From the NCBI RefSeq assembly GCF_058153355.1, contig NZ_CM177019.1: a stretch of 64,000 bases of DNA; one strand, written 5' to 3'. Below, piece after piece: positions 47,559 to 59,543 of the stretch; position 1 is the stretch's first letter, and each line of letters opens with the position of its first letter. The notes under the pieces are model-generated. The model did no database searches. It had not been told where the DNA came from and saw only the letters and a program-made list of their open reading frames with translations. Made by a program: the position numbers and the translations under genes.

Positions 47559-47939
47559 ATGAAAATGACAAAACTGGCCACACTATTTCTGACTGCCACT
47601 CTAAGCCTTGCCAGCGGAGCCGCACTGGCTGACGATAGCGGAGCGCAAAGCAATAACGGCCAGGCAAACGCCGCAGCTGATGCGGGCCAGGTAGCCCCTG
47701 ATGCCCGTGAAAATGTCGCGCCAAATAACGTCGACAATAACGGGGTAAATACCGGTTCTGGCGGCACAATGCTGCATCCGGATGGTTCTTCAATGAACAA
47801 TGACGGCATGACCAAAGATGAAGAGCACAAGAACACCATGTGCAAAGATGGTCGCTGCCCGGATATCAATAAAAAAGTCCAAACCGGTGATGGCATCAAC
47901 AATGATGTCGATACCAAAACCGACGGTACCACGCAGTAA
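47559..47939 (+). CDS. ybgS: Secreted low-complexity protein YbgS
   Basis: 126 aa with signal peptide; N/G/D-rich; synteny. Confidence 0.8.
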   Translation: MKMTKLATLFLTATLSLASGAALADDSGAQSNNGQANAAADAGQVAPDARENVAPNNVDNNGVNTGSGGTMLHPDGSSMNNDGMTKDEEHKNTMCKDGRCPDINKKVQTGDGINNDVDTKTDGTTQ

Positions 47940-48052
47940 CCCTGCGAAATAGCCAATAATGGGAGAGCGGAGTCTCTCCCTTTTAATTTTTCCCTTCTAA
48001 AAGCAGTATGATGTCATAAAGTTAAGTGAGAATAATTAAGGGATGACTCGTC

Positions 48053-48994
48053 ATGGCGCACTCACACTCACACACTTCCTCACACCTGCCAGAAGATAAT
48101 AATGCTCGTCGCTTGTTGTATGCTTTCGGCGTGACTGCCGGGTTTATGCTCGTAGAAGTCATTGGTGGTTTTCTTTCCGGTTCTCTGGCATTGCTGGCCG
48201 ATGCGGGTCATATGTTGACCGATACTGCCGCCCTGCTTTTCGCCCTACTCGCAGTGCAATTTTCCCGTCGTCCTCCCACCATTCGCCACACTTTCGGTTG
48301 GCTAAGATTGACCACGCTCGCGGCGTTTGTGAATGCTATTGCTCTGGTGGTGATTACCATTTTGATTGTCTGGGAGGCGATAGAACGCTTCCGCACGCCG
48401 CGTCCGGTCGAGGGTGGCATGATGATGGCTATTGCCGTGGCTGGGCTGCTGGCAAATATACTTTCTTTCTGGTTACTTCATCACGGCAGCGAAGAGAAAA
48501 ACCTCAACGTGCGCGCAGCGGCACTGCATGTGCTCGGAGACCTGCTGGGTTCGGTTGGGGCTATTATTGCCGCGTTGATTATTATCTGGACCGGCTGGAC
48601 ACCTGCTGACCCCATTCTCTCAATACTGGTATCGCTTCTGGTTCTGCGTAGCGCCTGGCGGCTATTGAAAGACAGCGTGAATGAATTACTTGAAGGTGCG
48701 CCAGTTTCGCTGGATATCGCTGAAATGAAACGTCGTATGTGCCGGGAAATTCCGGAAGTCCGTAATGTACACCATGTACATGTATGGATGGTAGGCGAGA
48801 AGCCAGTGATGACACTACATGTACAGGTGATCCCGCCACACGATCACGACGCGTTGTTGGATCAGATCCAACATTATCTGATGGATCACTATCAGATTGC
48901 ACACGCCACTATTCAGATGGAATATCAACCTTGTCATGGGCCAGACTGCCACCTGAATGAAGGGGTGTCTGGCCATTCACATCATCATCATTAA
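48053..48994 (+). CDS. zitB: Zinc cation-diffusion-facilitator transporter
   Basis: 313 aa CDF family; His-rich termini. Confidence 0.9.
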   Translation: MAHSHSHTSSHLPEDNNARRLLYAFGVTAGFMLVEVIGGFLSGSLALLADAGHMLTDTAALLFALLAVQFSRRPPTIRHTFGWLRLTTLAAFVNAIALVVITILIVWEAIERFRTPRPVEGGMMMAIAVAGLLANILSFWLLHHGSEEKNLNVRAAALHVLGDLLGSVGAIIAALIIIWTGWTPADPILSILVSLLVLRSAWRLLKDSVNELLEGAPVSLDIAEMKRRMCREIPEVRNVHHVHVWMVGEKPVMTLHVQVIPPHDHDALLDQIQHYLMDHYQIAHATIQMEYQPCHGPDCHLNEGVSGHSHHHH

Positions 48995-49710
48995 TGGGAC
49001 AGCGCGCGTGAACCTCTTTCGCGTGCGCTGTTGATCCACATCCGGCTGCCGTTGAGGGCAATAAAGGTCAGGATGATGTACTCCAGAGACATGGCGTAAA
49101 CGCCCTGAAGTGCAAAAATAACGACGCTAATCACGTTAATAATCACCCACAATAGCCAGTTTTCCACATACTTACGCGTCATCAGAATCATTGCCACGAT
49201 AGATAACACCATCATGCATGAATCCCAGAACGGGAAAGCGTCCGGCTGTAGTTCAGGCATCGCAACCTGTAATCCTAATGCTTGCATGATCATGACTGCC
49301 ACGCGGGTCAAAAATGCAAACACCGGATTGATAAATACCGTCATCAGACCAATCGAAACAACGCAAACCGCCAACCAGCTGAGCGCCTTCGGCAATGGCA
49401 ACCAGCGAATTTTTAACTCAGCCTCGTTCTGACTGGTTTGTCGCGACCACGCATACCAGCCGTAAATATTCGCGGCAAAGAAAAACACCTGTAGTAGCAG
49501 GCTGGCATACAGCTGAATCTGAAAGAAAATAATGCCAAACAAGGTGACGTTGATCAGGCCAAAGAAGTAGTTGCTGATCTTCTCCAGACTGGCAAGGCCA
49601 ATACACAGCAACCCGGCGATCGTGCCTACCGCTTCGATCCATGAGAGATCATAACCGCCTGCTCCTATTGGTATATGTACCAGGATATTCTGCACACTAA
49701 AAAAATCCAT
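48991..49710 (-). CDS. pnuC: Nicotinamide riboside transporter
   Basis: 239 aa membrane protein downstream of nadA. Confidence 0.9.
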   Translation of the reverse strand: MDFFSVQNILVHIPIGAGGYDLSWIEAVGTIAGLLCIGLASLEKISNYFFGLINVTLFGIIFFQIQLYASLLLQVFFFAANIYGWYAWSRQTSQNEAELKIRWLPLPKALSWLAVCVVSIGLMTVFINPVFAFLTRVAVMIMQALGLQVAMPELQPDAFPFWDSCMMVLSIVAMILMTRKYVENWLLWVIINVISVVIFALQGVYAMSLEYIILTFIALNGSRMWINSARERGSRALSH

Positions 49711-49747
49711 CTTTCCCCCAAAGCGTAACGTGACGCCTTATTATTAG

Positions 49748-50791
49748 TTATCCACGTAGTGTAGCCGCAAAATCCAGCATACGATTGAGCGGCACCAGCG
49801 CCTTCTCTCGCAGCTTTTCCTCAACATGAACCTCGTGATTGCTTCCTTCCTGTTCTAATGCCTCTGCGATGGCCTGAAGGCCATTCATGGCCATCCACGG
49901 ACAATGCGCGCAGCTGCGGCAGGTTGCGCCCTCACCCGCGGTTGGTGCTTCCAGTAACTCTTTATCTGGCACCGCCTGCTGCATTTTGTAGAAAATACCC
50001 CGATCGGTTGCCACGATAAGTCGCTGATGTGGCAATGTTTTCGCAGCAGCGATCAGTTGACTGGTGGAACCGACCGCATCCGCCATATCTACAATAGCTT
50101 GCGGTGATTCTGGATGCACCAGTATGGCAGCATCCGGGTATTCTTCTTGCAAGCGGGTTAACGCCTGAGTCTTAAACTCATCATGCACAATGCAGGCACC
50201 CTGCCAGCATAAAATGTCTGCGCCCGTCTGTTTTTGCACGTAACGCCCCAGATGTTTGTCGGGTGCCCAGATGATTTTTTCACCCAAACTATCCAGATGA
50301 TCAATAAGTTCGACGGCAATGCTTGAAGTTACCACCCAATCTGCGCGCGCTTTTACCGCAGCAGAAGTGTTGGCGTAGACGACGACAGTACGATCGGGAT
50401 GGGCATCGCAAAATGCGTTAAATTCTTCAACAGGGCAGCCGAGATCCAGTGAACATTCAGCCTGAAGTGTCGGCATCAGAATTGTTTTTTCCGGACTGAG
50501 AATTTTGGCGGTTTCTCCCATAAATCTCACCCCAGCGACTAACAACGTAGAAGCGGGATGCTTTGCACCGAAGCGCGCCATTTCCAGAGAATCAGAAATA
50601 CAGCCACCGGTTTCTTCTGCCAGTTGTTGAATTTCGGGATCGGTATAGTAGTGGGCAACCATCACCGCATTACGTTCTTTTAGCAGACGTTTTATCTTCT
50701 CGCGGTAATACGCTTTTTCATCAATGCTTAACAGCGTCGGCTTCGGGGGGAAAGGATAAATCGCCGCTTCAGGATCAAACATCACGCTCAT
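49748..50791 (-). CDS. nadA: Quinolinate synthase
   Basis: 347 aa; recognised NadA. Confidence 0.9.
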   Translation of the reverse strand: MSVMFDPEAAIYPFPPKPTLLSIDEKAYYREKIKRLLKERNAVMVAHYYTDPEIQQLAEETGGCISDSLEMARFGAKHPASTLLVAGVRFMGETAKILSPEKTILMPTLQAECSLDLGCPVEEFNAFCDAHPDRTVVVYANTSAAVKARADWVVTSSIAVELIDHLDSLGEKIIWAPDKHLGRYVQKQTGADILCWQGACIVHDEFKTQALTRLQEEYPDAAILVHPESPQAIVDMADAVGSTSQLIAAAKTLPHQRLIVATDRGIFYKMQQAVPDKELLEAPTAGEGATCRSCAHCPWMAMNGLQAIAEALEQEGSNHEVHVEEKLREKALVPLNRMLDFAATLRG

Positions 50792-51034
50792 CTTACCATC
50801 TCGTTTTACAGGCTTAACATTAAAACCGACATAAGCGTGATATTCGCTATTATCGGCATGATTTGTTTTATATGCTAAACAAGATAGTCGAATGGTGGGG
50901 AAAAGTCACTCGAAATACGTATGAGATGACGAATGCCACACTTTGCGTCTTATTCCTCCGACGTAGAGTCGTTTACGCAGCAAGCGCGGAGTATGTCATC
51001 AGGGTCAAGAATTGAAATTGAGAGATGCCTGAAT

Positions 51035-51061
51035 AGCAAAAAAGCGCCTTTAGGGCGCTTT
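51035..51061. terminator. Bidirectional terminator-like hairpin (copy 1)
   Basis: aaaaaagcgcc-ttta-gggcgctttttt; identical copy at 51196..51222. Confidence 0.6.
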
Positions 51062-51195
51062 TTTACATTGGTGGGTCGTGCAGGATGACTCACTTCGCTC
51101 GCCCTTCGGGCCGTCGCCGCAAGCGGCTCCGTTGTTTCGCTGCGCTCTACTCGAACCTGCAGCAGGTTCGAATCTTTGAATATCGCAGATAGCAA

Positions 51196-51222
51196 AAAAG
51201 CGCCTTTAGGGCGCTTTTTTAC
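51196..51222. terminator. Bidirectional terminator-like hairpin (copy 2), directly 3' of the last tRNA-Lys
   Basis: Identical to the hairpin at 51035..51061. Confidence 0.6.
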
Positions 51223-51224
51223 AT

Positions 51225-51300
51225 TGGTGGGTCGTGCAGGATTCGAACCTGCGACCAATTGATTAAAAGTCAACTGCTCTACCAACTGAGCTAACGACCC
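51225..51300 (-). tRNA. tRNA-Lys (anticodon UUU)
   Basis: Minus strand GGGTCGTTAGCTCAGTTGGTAGAGCAGTTGACTTTTAATCAATTGGTCGCAGGTTCGAATCCTGCACGACCCACCA; corresponds to lysZ or lysQ. Confidence 0.9.
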
Positions 51301-51446
51301 ATACGGGTGTTACCTGAATGATTTCTACTCGGGACCAATCTTTAATATTGGTGGATCGTGCAGGATGACTCGCTTCGCTCGCCCTACGGGCCGTTGCTGG
51401 CGCAACGTTATCCTTCACGCTTAACATCTGAGTTTGATGTTAAAAC

Positions 51447-51522
51447 TGGTGGGTCGTGCAGGATTCGAACCTGCGACCAATTGATTAAAAGTCAACTGCT
51501 CTACCAACTGAGCTAACGACCC
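51447..51522 (-). tRNA. lysY: tRNA-Lys (anticodon UUU)
   Basis: Identical tRNA-Lys sequence; symbol by order in the operon. Confidence 0.85.
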
Positions 51523-51525
51523 GAG

Positions 51526-51601
51526 TGGTGGGTGATGACGGGATCGAACCGCCGACCCCCTCCTTGTAAGGGAGGTGCTCTCCCAGCTGAGCTAATCACC
51601 C
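51526..51601 (-). tRNA. valZ: tRNA-Val (anticodon UAC)
   Basis: Minus strand GGGTGATTAGCTCAGCTGGGAGAGCACCTCCCTTACAAGGAGGGGGTCGGCGGTTCGATCCCGTCATCACCCACCA. Confidence 0.85.
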
Positions 51602-51651
51602 GATACTGCGCTGGATACTACAAACTACTTCCACCGAACCCACCGCATTAG

Positions 51652-51727
51652 TGGTGGGTCGTGCAGGATTCGAACCTGCGACCAATTGATTAAAAGTCAA
51701 CTGCTCTACCAACTGAGCTAACGACCC
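51652..51727 (-). tRNA. lysW: tRNA-Lys (anticodon UUU)
   Basis: Identical tRNA-Lys sequence. Confidence 0.85.
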
Positions 51728-51729
51728 GG

Positions 51730-51805
51730 TGGTGGGTGATGACGGGATCGAACCGCCGACCCCCTCCTTGTAAGGGAGGTGCTCTCCCAGCTGAGCTAAT
51801 CACCC
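51730..51805 (-). tRNA. valT: tRNA-Val (anticodon UAC)
   Basis: Identical tRNA-Val sequence. Confidence 0.85.
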
Positions 51806-51940
51806 GATACTACGCTGGATACTACAACTAACTAGGTTAGTGGTGGGTCGTGCAGGATGACTCGACTTCGTCTCGCCCTTCGGGCCGTTGCTGACGCAAC
51901 GTTATCCTTCACGTTTTACTACCGCTTCCACCTTAGCGAT

Positions 51941-52016
51941 TGGTGGGTCGTGCAGGATTCGAACCTGCGACCAATTGATTAAAAGTCAACTGCTCTACCA
52001 ACTGAGCTAACGACCC
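51941..52016 (-). tRNA. lysT: tRNA-Lys (anticodon UUU)
   Basis: Identical tRNA-Lys sequence; first gene of the operon. Confidence 0.85.
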
Positions 52017-52180
52017 ACTTTTTCGTTGCTTTCGGTTTGTTTGATATCCCGTGGCAACGGCGGCATATATTACTGATTTCAGACTTGAGCGCAACAAAAA
52101 TTTCGATGTAGATCACTCAACTGCTTATGATTCGCACGACACGACCAGAAATAATGCGACTTCTGGTCGTGTGTTATGCA

Positions 52181-52972
52181 TTACATCGCGTTCAGACGTT
52201 TTTGCGCCTGTTTTGCGCCATCAGTCCCAGGGTATTTACTGATAACCTGCTGATATACAGCTTTCGCTTTTGCGGTGTCACCTTTGTCCTGCATGATGAC
52301 GCCGACTTTAAACATCGCATCTGCAGCCTTCGGTGACTTCGGATAGTTTTTCACTACCGAAGCAAAATAGTACGCCGCATCATCTTTTTTACCCTTGTTG
52401 TAGTTTAACTGACCCAGCCAATAATTGGCGTTTGGCAGATAAGTTGAATCAGGGTAATTTTTGATGAAATTCTGAAATGCCACCATTGCGTCATCCTGGC
52501 GGGATTTATCCTGCACCAGCGCAATAGCTGCATTGTAATCCGTGTTTGCATCACCGCTTTTCACCGGCGCGCCAGCATTCGCAGTACCAGCATCAGCTGT
52601 CGGCGTCGTTGATGCCGCCGCACCGCTTTGATCGCCGCTGGTTGATTGCGCCGCTGCACCACCGCTGCTGAGGCTATCGATCTGCAACAGGATCTGCTTT
52701 TGCCGCTCCACGACCTGATTCAGTTGATACTGATTTTCCTGAATCTGACCACGCAGGGAATCAATATCGGATTGATTATCAGAGAGTTGTTGCTGGAGTT
52801 GGGTTAAAAGCTGGCTGTGAGCATTAGAAATACGCTCAAGTTGAGTGACGCGGTCTTCGACCGAGCCTGAGCCGACACTACTGATTGGTGCCTGAGCAAA
52901 AGCGGCCCAGGGGGCCGCTATACCAACCAGTAACGACAGACTCAATAGTTGATGTCTGAAGTTACTGCTCAT
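52181..52972 (-). CDS. cpoB: Cell division coordinator CpoB (YbgF), TPR protein
   Basis: 263 aa with signal peptide; last gene of the tol-pal cluster. Confidence 0.9.
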   Translation of the reverse strand: MSSNFRHQLLSLSLLVGIAAPWAAFAQAPISSVGSGSVEDRVTQLERISNAHSQLLTQLQQQLSDNQSDIDSLRGQIQENQYQLNQVVERQKQILLQIDSLSSGGAAAQSTSGDQSGAAASTTPTADAGTANAGAPVKSGDANTDYNAAIALVQDKSRQDDAMVAFQNFIKNYPDSTYLPNANYWLGQLNYNKGKKDDAAYYFASVVKNYPKSPKAADAMFKVGVIMQDKGDTAKAKAVYQQVISKYPGTDGAKQAQKRLNAM

Positions 52973-52981
52973 GCAATTCTC

Positions 52982-53527
<546 letters not shown>

Positions 53528-53537
53528 TTAATTATTA

Positions 53538-54830
53538 TCACAGATACGGCGACCAGGCAGGGAATTTGACCTGTCCATCAGTTGCCGGAAGACGCGCTTT
53601 GAAACGCCCATCTGTAGAAACCAAATTCAGCACAGATCCCATCCCCTGAGAAGAGCTGTAGATTACCATAGTGCCGTTAGGTGCCAGACTTGGCGTTTCA
53701 TCCAGGAACGTGGACGACAGAACTTGTACGCCTCCCGTTGCCAGATCTTGTTTGGCAATGTGCTGCTGCCCACCATTGGAGCTGACCATTACCATAAATT
53801 TACCGTCGCTGCTGACATCCGCATCCTGGTTCTGCGAACCTTCCCAGGTAATACGTTGTGGCGCACCGCCGTTGATATTCACTTTATAAACCTGCGGACG
53901 ACCGGCCTGGTCAGAAGAAAATGCCAGGTTCTGGCTGTCCGGGAACCAGGTCGGTTCGGTATTGTTACTGCGACCATCAGTCACCTGGCGGATCTGACCA
54001 GAAGCCAAATCCATTACGTACAGGTTCAGGCTACCGGTTTTCGACAAGGCGAATGCCAGTTTGCTGCCGTCTGGCGAGAATGCAGGGGCACCGTTGTGAC
54101 GCGGGAATGAAGCCACCTGACGTACAGCACCATTTGCCAGCGTTTGGATGACCAGCGCTGAACGACCGCTCTCGAAAGTCACATAGGCCAGTTTAGAACC
54201 ATCCGGTGACCATGCCGGAGACATCAGCGGCTGCGGAGAACGGTGAACGACAAACTGGTTGTAACCGTCATAGTCAGATACGCGCAGTTCATACGGGAAC
54301 TGACCGCCGTTGGTCTGAACAACGTAGGCAATACGAGTACGGAACGCACCTTTAATGCCGGTCAGTTTTTCAAACACTTCATCACTGGCGGTATGACCAG
54401 CATAACGCAGCCACTGCTTGTTCACTTTGTACGAATTCTGAGCAAGTACAGTACCCGGTGCGCCGCCAGTGTCAACCAGCTGATAGGCAACATTGTAAGA
54501 GCCGTCCGGATTCGGAGTGACCTGGCCGACAACCACAGCGTCAATACCCAGCGCAGACCATGCTGCTGGTTGTACTTCCTGTGCACTACCCGGCTGCTGT
54601 GGCAAACGAGCACGATCTAAGGGATTAAATTTACCGCTGTTACGCAAGTCAGCAGCAACGATGCCGCCAATATCTTCAGGTGCAGCACCAGGACCCGCCC
54701 ACTGGAAAGGAACTACGCCAATAGGACGACCGGAATCTACACCGCTGTCGATCACAATGCGGACTTCAGCGTGCAGAACTGATGCCCACAGTATGAGAAA
54801 ACCAAATGCTACTCGTAATGCCTGCTTCAT
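53538..54830 (-). CDS. tolB: Tol-Pal system periplasmic protein TolB
   Basis: 430 aa from [12 protein letters not shown]... Confidence 0.95.
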   Translation of the reverse strand: MKQALRVAFGFLILWASVLHAEVRIVIDSGVDSGRPIGVVPFQWAGPGAAPEDIGGIVAADLRNSGKFNPLDRARLPQQPGSAQEVQPAAWSALGIDAVVVGQVTPNPDGSYNVAYQLVDTGGAPGTVLAQNSYKVNKQWLRYAGHTASDEVFEKLTGIKGAFRTRIAYVVQTNGGQFPYELRVSDYDGYNQFVVHRSPQPLMSPAWSPDGSKLAYVTFESGRSALVIQTLANGAVRQVASFPRHNGAPAFSPDGSKLAFALSKTGSLNLYVMDLASGQIRQVTDGRSNNTEPTWFPDSQNLAFSSDQAGRPQVYKVNINGGAPQRITWEGSQNQDADVSSDGKFMVMVSSNGGQQHIAKQDLATGGVQVLSSTFLDETPSLAPNGTMVIYSSSQGMGSVLNLVSTDGRFKARLPATDGQVKFPAWSPYL

Positions 54831-54962
54831 CATATCTCCCTTATCTGGACCGATGGCCCACGATAATTTAGCAGAATGTTAACAAACTAAAATACACAAA
54901 ACTACCAGAACCCCGTGTCAACCGGTGCCTGATGTTGACCGTTGGAACAATCAACATCGTGA

Positions 54963-56228
54963 TTACGGTTTGAAGTCCAATGGCGCATTTTTGAACACTT
55001 CATATACTGCCTGGCTTGGTGGTTTCGGGATCTTCGCAAGTTTAGCTGCTGCCAACGCAGCCTGACAAAGTGCGGGATCGCCACCTTCAGGTTTGATATC
55101 CAGTAACATACCATCGGGTGCCAGTTTTATGCGCAGCGTACAGGTCTTGCCTGCATAGGACGATGCGTCATAGAACTTACTTTCGATAGCAGATTTAATC
55201 TGCCCGGCATAGTTATTGATATCGGCCCCTGATGCGCCATTGTTTTTAGTATTACCACTCCCGGCAGGCGAAGCATTGTTCCCTTTCGCCCCTCCCCCCG
55301 TTTTCGGTGCATTCTTACCAGAGCTTAGCTCACCGAAAATATCATCTGCCTCTGCGGCCGCTTTTGCTGCAGCGGCTTTTTCAGCTGCAGCTTTTGCCGC
55401 TGCCGCTTTTTTGTCTGCGGCGGCTTTTTCTGCCGCTGCTTTCTTATCAGCTGCTGCCTTTTCAGCAGCCGCTTTTTCTGCTGCTTTTTTGTCGGCTGCA
55501 GCTTTCTCTGCCGCTGCTTTCTTATCAGCTGCAGCCTTTTCAGCAGCCGCTTTCTTCTCAGCTTCTGCCTTGGCTTTTTCAGCAGCTTCAGTTGCCGCTT
55601 TCTTTCTTGCTTCAGCTGCAGCTGCTTCTGCCGCTTCCGCTTTCTTCTTCAGCGCCGCAGCGGCTGCTTCGGCTTTTTTCTGCGCTTCGGCTGCGGCTTT
55701 GGCGGCTTCTGCTTCTGCTTTTTTCTTCGCGTCTGCAGCCGCTTTCTTCGCTGCTTCTTCCGCAGCTTTTGCATCCGCTTCAGCCTTCGCTTTAGCATCT
55801 GCCGCCGCTTTCGCTGCCGCCTCTTCCGCTTGCTTCTGCTTTAACTCGGCCTGTTTTGCGGCTTCTTCAGCCTGCTTTTTCTGCTCCTGAGCCGCTAACC
55901 GCTCTTTCTCAAGTTGCTTCAGGCGTTCCTGTTCAGCCGCTTGTTTCTCACGCAGTTCTTCCGCAGCCTGCTGTTCCTTCATCTTGCGCTGCTCATCAGA
56001 ACGCTTAGCGCTTGATTCCTGGTTTTGCATGCGTTTGTACTGCTCAACTACCGCACCTGAATCAACCATTACAGCGTCGATGGACGAACCACCGCCGCCT
56101 CCGGCTGAAGCTTCTATATTCTCATCGAACGAACTCCAGATCAGCGCCACAAATAAGATGACATGCAGCACTGCTGAAATAATTATCGCCCGCTTGAGCT
56201 TGTCGTTTTGTTCGGTTGCCTTTGACAC
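54963..56228 (-). CDS. tolA: Tol-Pal system protein TolA
   Basis: 421 aa; long Ala/Lys/Glu-rich helical domain II. Confidence 0.9.
   Translation of the reverse strand: MSKATEQNDKLKRAIIISAVLHVILFVALIWSSFDENIEASAGGGGGSSIDAVMVDSGAVVEQYKRMQNQESSAKRSDEQRKMKEQQAAEELREKQAAEQERLKQLEKERLAAQEQKKQAEEAAKQAELKQKQAEEAAAKAAADAKAKAEADAKAAEEAAKKAAADAKKKAEAEAAKAAAEAQKKAEAAAAALKKKAEAAEAAAAEARKKAATEAAEKAKAEAEKKAAAEKAAADKKAAAEKAAADKKAAEKAAAEKAAADKKAAAEKAAADKKAAAAKAAAEKAAAAKAAAEADDIFGELSSGKNAPKTGGGAKGNNASPAGSGNTKNNGASGADINNYAGQIKSAIESKFYDASSYAGKTCTLRIKLAPDGMLLDIKPEGGDPALCQAALAAAKLAKIPKPPSQAVYEVFKNAPLDFKP
55300..55900. repeat. Low-complexity GCN-rich tract encoding TolA domain II
   Basis: Reiterated gctgc/gcagc codon runs; cause of the spurious Ala-rich ORFs in other frames. 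Confidence 0.6.
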
Positions 56229-56292
56229 TCTCGGTTTCCAAAAACTGTTCGCCTGTTACCCGCTCTCTTTCAAGCAAGGGAAACGCAGATGT

Positions 56293-56721
56293 TTAGATAG
56301 GCTGCGTCATTAAACCAACCGATTTCACACCCGCACTATGTAACAAGTTCAGTGCTTTAATTATTTCATCGTAAGGCACATCTTTTGCGCCACCGATCAG
56401 AAAGACCGTTTTCGGGTTGGCCTTGAAACGGCTGGACACTTCCGCCACCACCTGCTCTGGTGGTAAACGCTCCAGGCGATCTTTCTCAACCACCACGGTG
56501 TACTGACCAATACCAGACACTTCAACAATCACTGGCGGATTATCGTTACTGCTCACCGCCTGTGATTCAGTAGCGTCTGGCAGATCGACCTCCACGCTCT
56601 GGGTGATGATGGGCGCTGTCGCCATAAAGATCAGCAACAGCACCAGCAGTACGTCCAGCAACGGTACAATGTTGATTTCGGACTTGAGATCGCGACGACC
56701 TCGTCCACGCGCTCTGGCCAT
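56293..56721 (-). CDS. tolR: Tol-Pal system protein TolR
   Basis: 142 aa. Confidence 0.95.
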   Translation of the reverse strand: MARARGRGRRDLKSEINIVPLLDVLLVLLLIFMATAPIITQSVEVDLPDATESQAVSSNDNPPVIVEVSGIGQYTVVVEKDRLERLPPEQVVAEVSSRFKANPKTVFLIGGAKDVPYDEIIKALNLLHSAGVKSVGLMTQPI

Positions 56722-56724
56722 GGC

Positions 56725-57818
<1,094 letters not shown>

Positions 57819-57967
57819 TTTACATCCCGGTAATGCAACAAAAGTTAGAGCTTTTAAACGCTGCTACTATACGCGCGCGATTGAGGTTTGGGAATGAGGG
57901 CAAGTTAAGGGAGCGTAAAAATTTATGGGCCTGAAGCGGCCCATAAATTTTTAAAGAGAATTCTGAT

Positions 57968-58261
57968 TTAAAAGAAGAAGAAAATCAGCCCGACAATGAG
58001 AACAATATCGGCAAGCAAAGGGCAAAAAATCCCTTGCCAGAGAACCTTCTGCGGACGAAAGCCCACGCCGTGAATAACACCAGCACAGACGGCCCACATC
58101 AGCAATAAACCATGCCAGATTTCCAGTTCACTGGTCTTCGCGGCGAAACGTGACGGGTCCCAAAACATACATCCTGCTAACAGAAGCGCCATCACGAAGG
58201 AAAGCGCCCGCAGGGGGCGCTTGTCCATTACCGCATACAAGGTTGCGATAATCTTACTCAT
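57968..58261 (-). CDS. ybgE: Small inner membrane protein of the cyd operon
   Basis: 97 aa; downstream of cydB/cydX. Confidence 0.8.
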   Translation of the reverse strand: MSKIIATLYAVMDKRPLRALSFVMALLLAGCMFWDPSRFAAKTSELEIWHGLLLMWAVCAGVIHGVGFRPQKVLWQGIFCPLLADIVLIVGLIFFFF

Positions 58262-58374
58262 CAGATGTCTTCTTGACCGGCTTTGCCTGATTCGACGTGC
58301 TCAAGCGCCAGCGCGGTGATTACCCCAAACGAACAGGCAAGAAGCGTTCCCAGAATCCATGCGAAATACCACAT
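58261..58374 (-). CDS. cydX: Cytochrome bd-I small subunit CydX (37 aa)
   Basis: Translating the minus strand by hand gives MWYFAWILGTLLACSFGVITALALEHVESGKAGQEDI; stop overlaps the ybgE start (ATGA); not in the ORF track. Confidence 0.8.
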   Translation of the reverse strand: MWYFAWILGTLLACSFGVITALALEHVESGKAGQEDI

Positions 58375-58388
58375 TTTTAGCTCCTTAC

Positions 58389-59528
58389 TTAGTACAGAGA
58401 GTGGGTGTTACGTTCAATATCTTCTTTGGTGATACGACCGAACATTTTCCAGTAACACCAGGCGGTGTAGAGCAGAATGATCGGTACCAGAACCACCGCA
58501 ACCCAGGTCATGACGTTAAGTGTCAGCTGGCTGGAAGTTGCATCCCACATTGTCAGACTTGCGTTCATCATGGTGCTGGACGGCATCACAAACGGGAACA
58601 TTGCGATACCGGCAGTCAGGATGATGCAGGCCAGCGTCAGGGAGGAGAACACAAACGCCCACGCGGCTTTATCCATACGTGCAGTCAGAATGGTCAGCAG
58701 AGGCAGAACCACACCCAGTGCCGGAATAGCCCACAGAATTGGCGTGTTGTTGAAGTTAACCAGCCATGCGCCAGCTTCACGAACCACTTCTTTATTCAGC
58801 GGGTTAGAGGCTGCGTAATGGTCCATTGTCGATTTCACGACATAACCATCGATACCGTACATCACCCATACGCCAGCCAGTGCGAAACAGATCAGTGTCA
58901 CCAGTGCCGCCACCTGAGCCGTTGCACGGGTACGCAGGTGCAGTTCGCCCACGGTACGCATTTGCAGATAGGTTGCGCCCTGAGTAATGATCATCCCTAC
59001 GCTCACCACGCCTGCCAGCAGGCCGAACGGGTTAAGCAGCTGGAAGAAGTTACCGGTGTAGTACAGACGCAGATATTCATCAACGTTGAACGGTACGCCC
59101 TGCAACAGGTTACCGAACGCTACACCAATCACCAGCGGCGGAACGAAGCTACCAATGAAGATGCCCCAGTCCCACATGTTACGCCAGCGGGTTTCTTCAA
59201 TCTTGGAGCGGTAGTCAAAACCGACCGGACGGAAGAACAAAGACGCCAGCACGAGGATCATCGCCACATAGAAGCCGGAGAACGCAGCGGCATAGACCAT
59301 CGGCCAGGCAGCAAACAGTGCGCCGCCTGCGGTGATCAGCCAAACCTGGTTACCGTCCCAGTGTGGTGCGATGGAGTTAATCATAATTCGACGCTCGGTG
59401 TCGTTACGACCGAGGAAACGGGTGAGCATGCCCACCCCCATGTCGAAACCGTCAGTGACTGCAAAACCAATCAGCAGAACGCCAACCAGCAGCCACCAGA
59501 TAAAACGCAATACTTCATAATCGATCAT
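58389..59528 (-). CDS. cydB: Cytochrome bd-I ubiquinol oxidase subunit II
   Basis: 379 aa. Confidence 0.95.
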   Translation of the reverse strand: MIDYEVLRFIWWLLVGVLLIGFAVTDGFDMGVGMLTRFLGRNDTERRIMINSIAPHWDGNQVWLITAGGALFAAWPMVYAAAFSGFYVAMILVLASLFFRPVGFDYRSKIEETRWRNMWDWGIFIGSFVPPLVIGVAFGNLLQGVPFNVDEYLRLYYTGNFFQLLNPFGLLAGVVSVGMIITQGATYLQMRTVGELHLRTRATAQVAALVTLICFALAGVWVMYGIDGYVVKSTMDHYAASNPLNKEVVREAGAWLVNFNNTPILWAIPALGVVLPLLTILTARMDKAAWAFVFSSLTLACIILTAGIAMFPFVMPSSTMMNASLTMWDATSSQLTLNVMTWVAVVLVPIILLYTAWCYWKMFGRITKEDIERNTHSLY

Positions 59529-59543
59529 TTGACGACTCCTGTC

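Noticed and set aside
51082-51195. Possible seventh tRNA gene between the two terminator copies
   Set aside because: The segment has only an 18-nt tRNA-Lys 3'-end match and scrambled T-arm-like fragments; it does not encode a complete cloverleaf.
55216-55890. Ala-rich plus-strand ORFs (224 aa and 162 aa) in the tolA region
   Set aside because: Alternative-frame or antisense readings of the repetitive GCN-rich tolA domain II sequence; tolA on the minus strand is the real gene.
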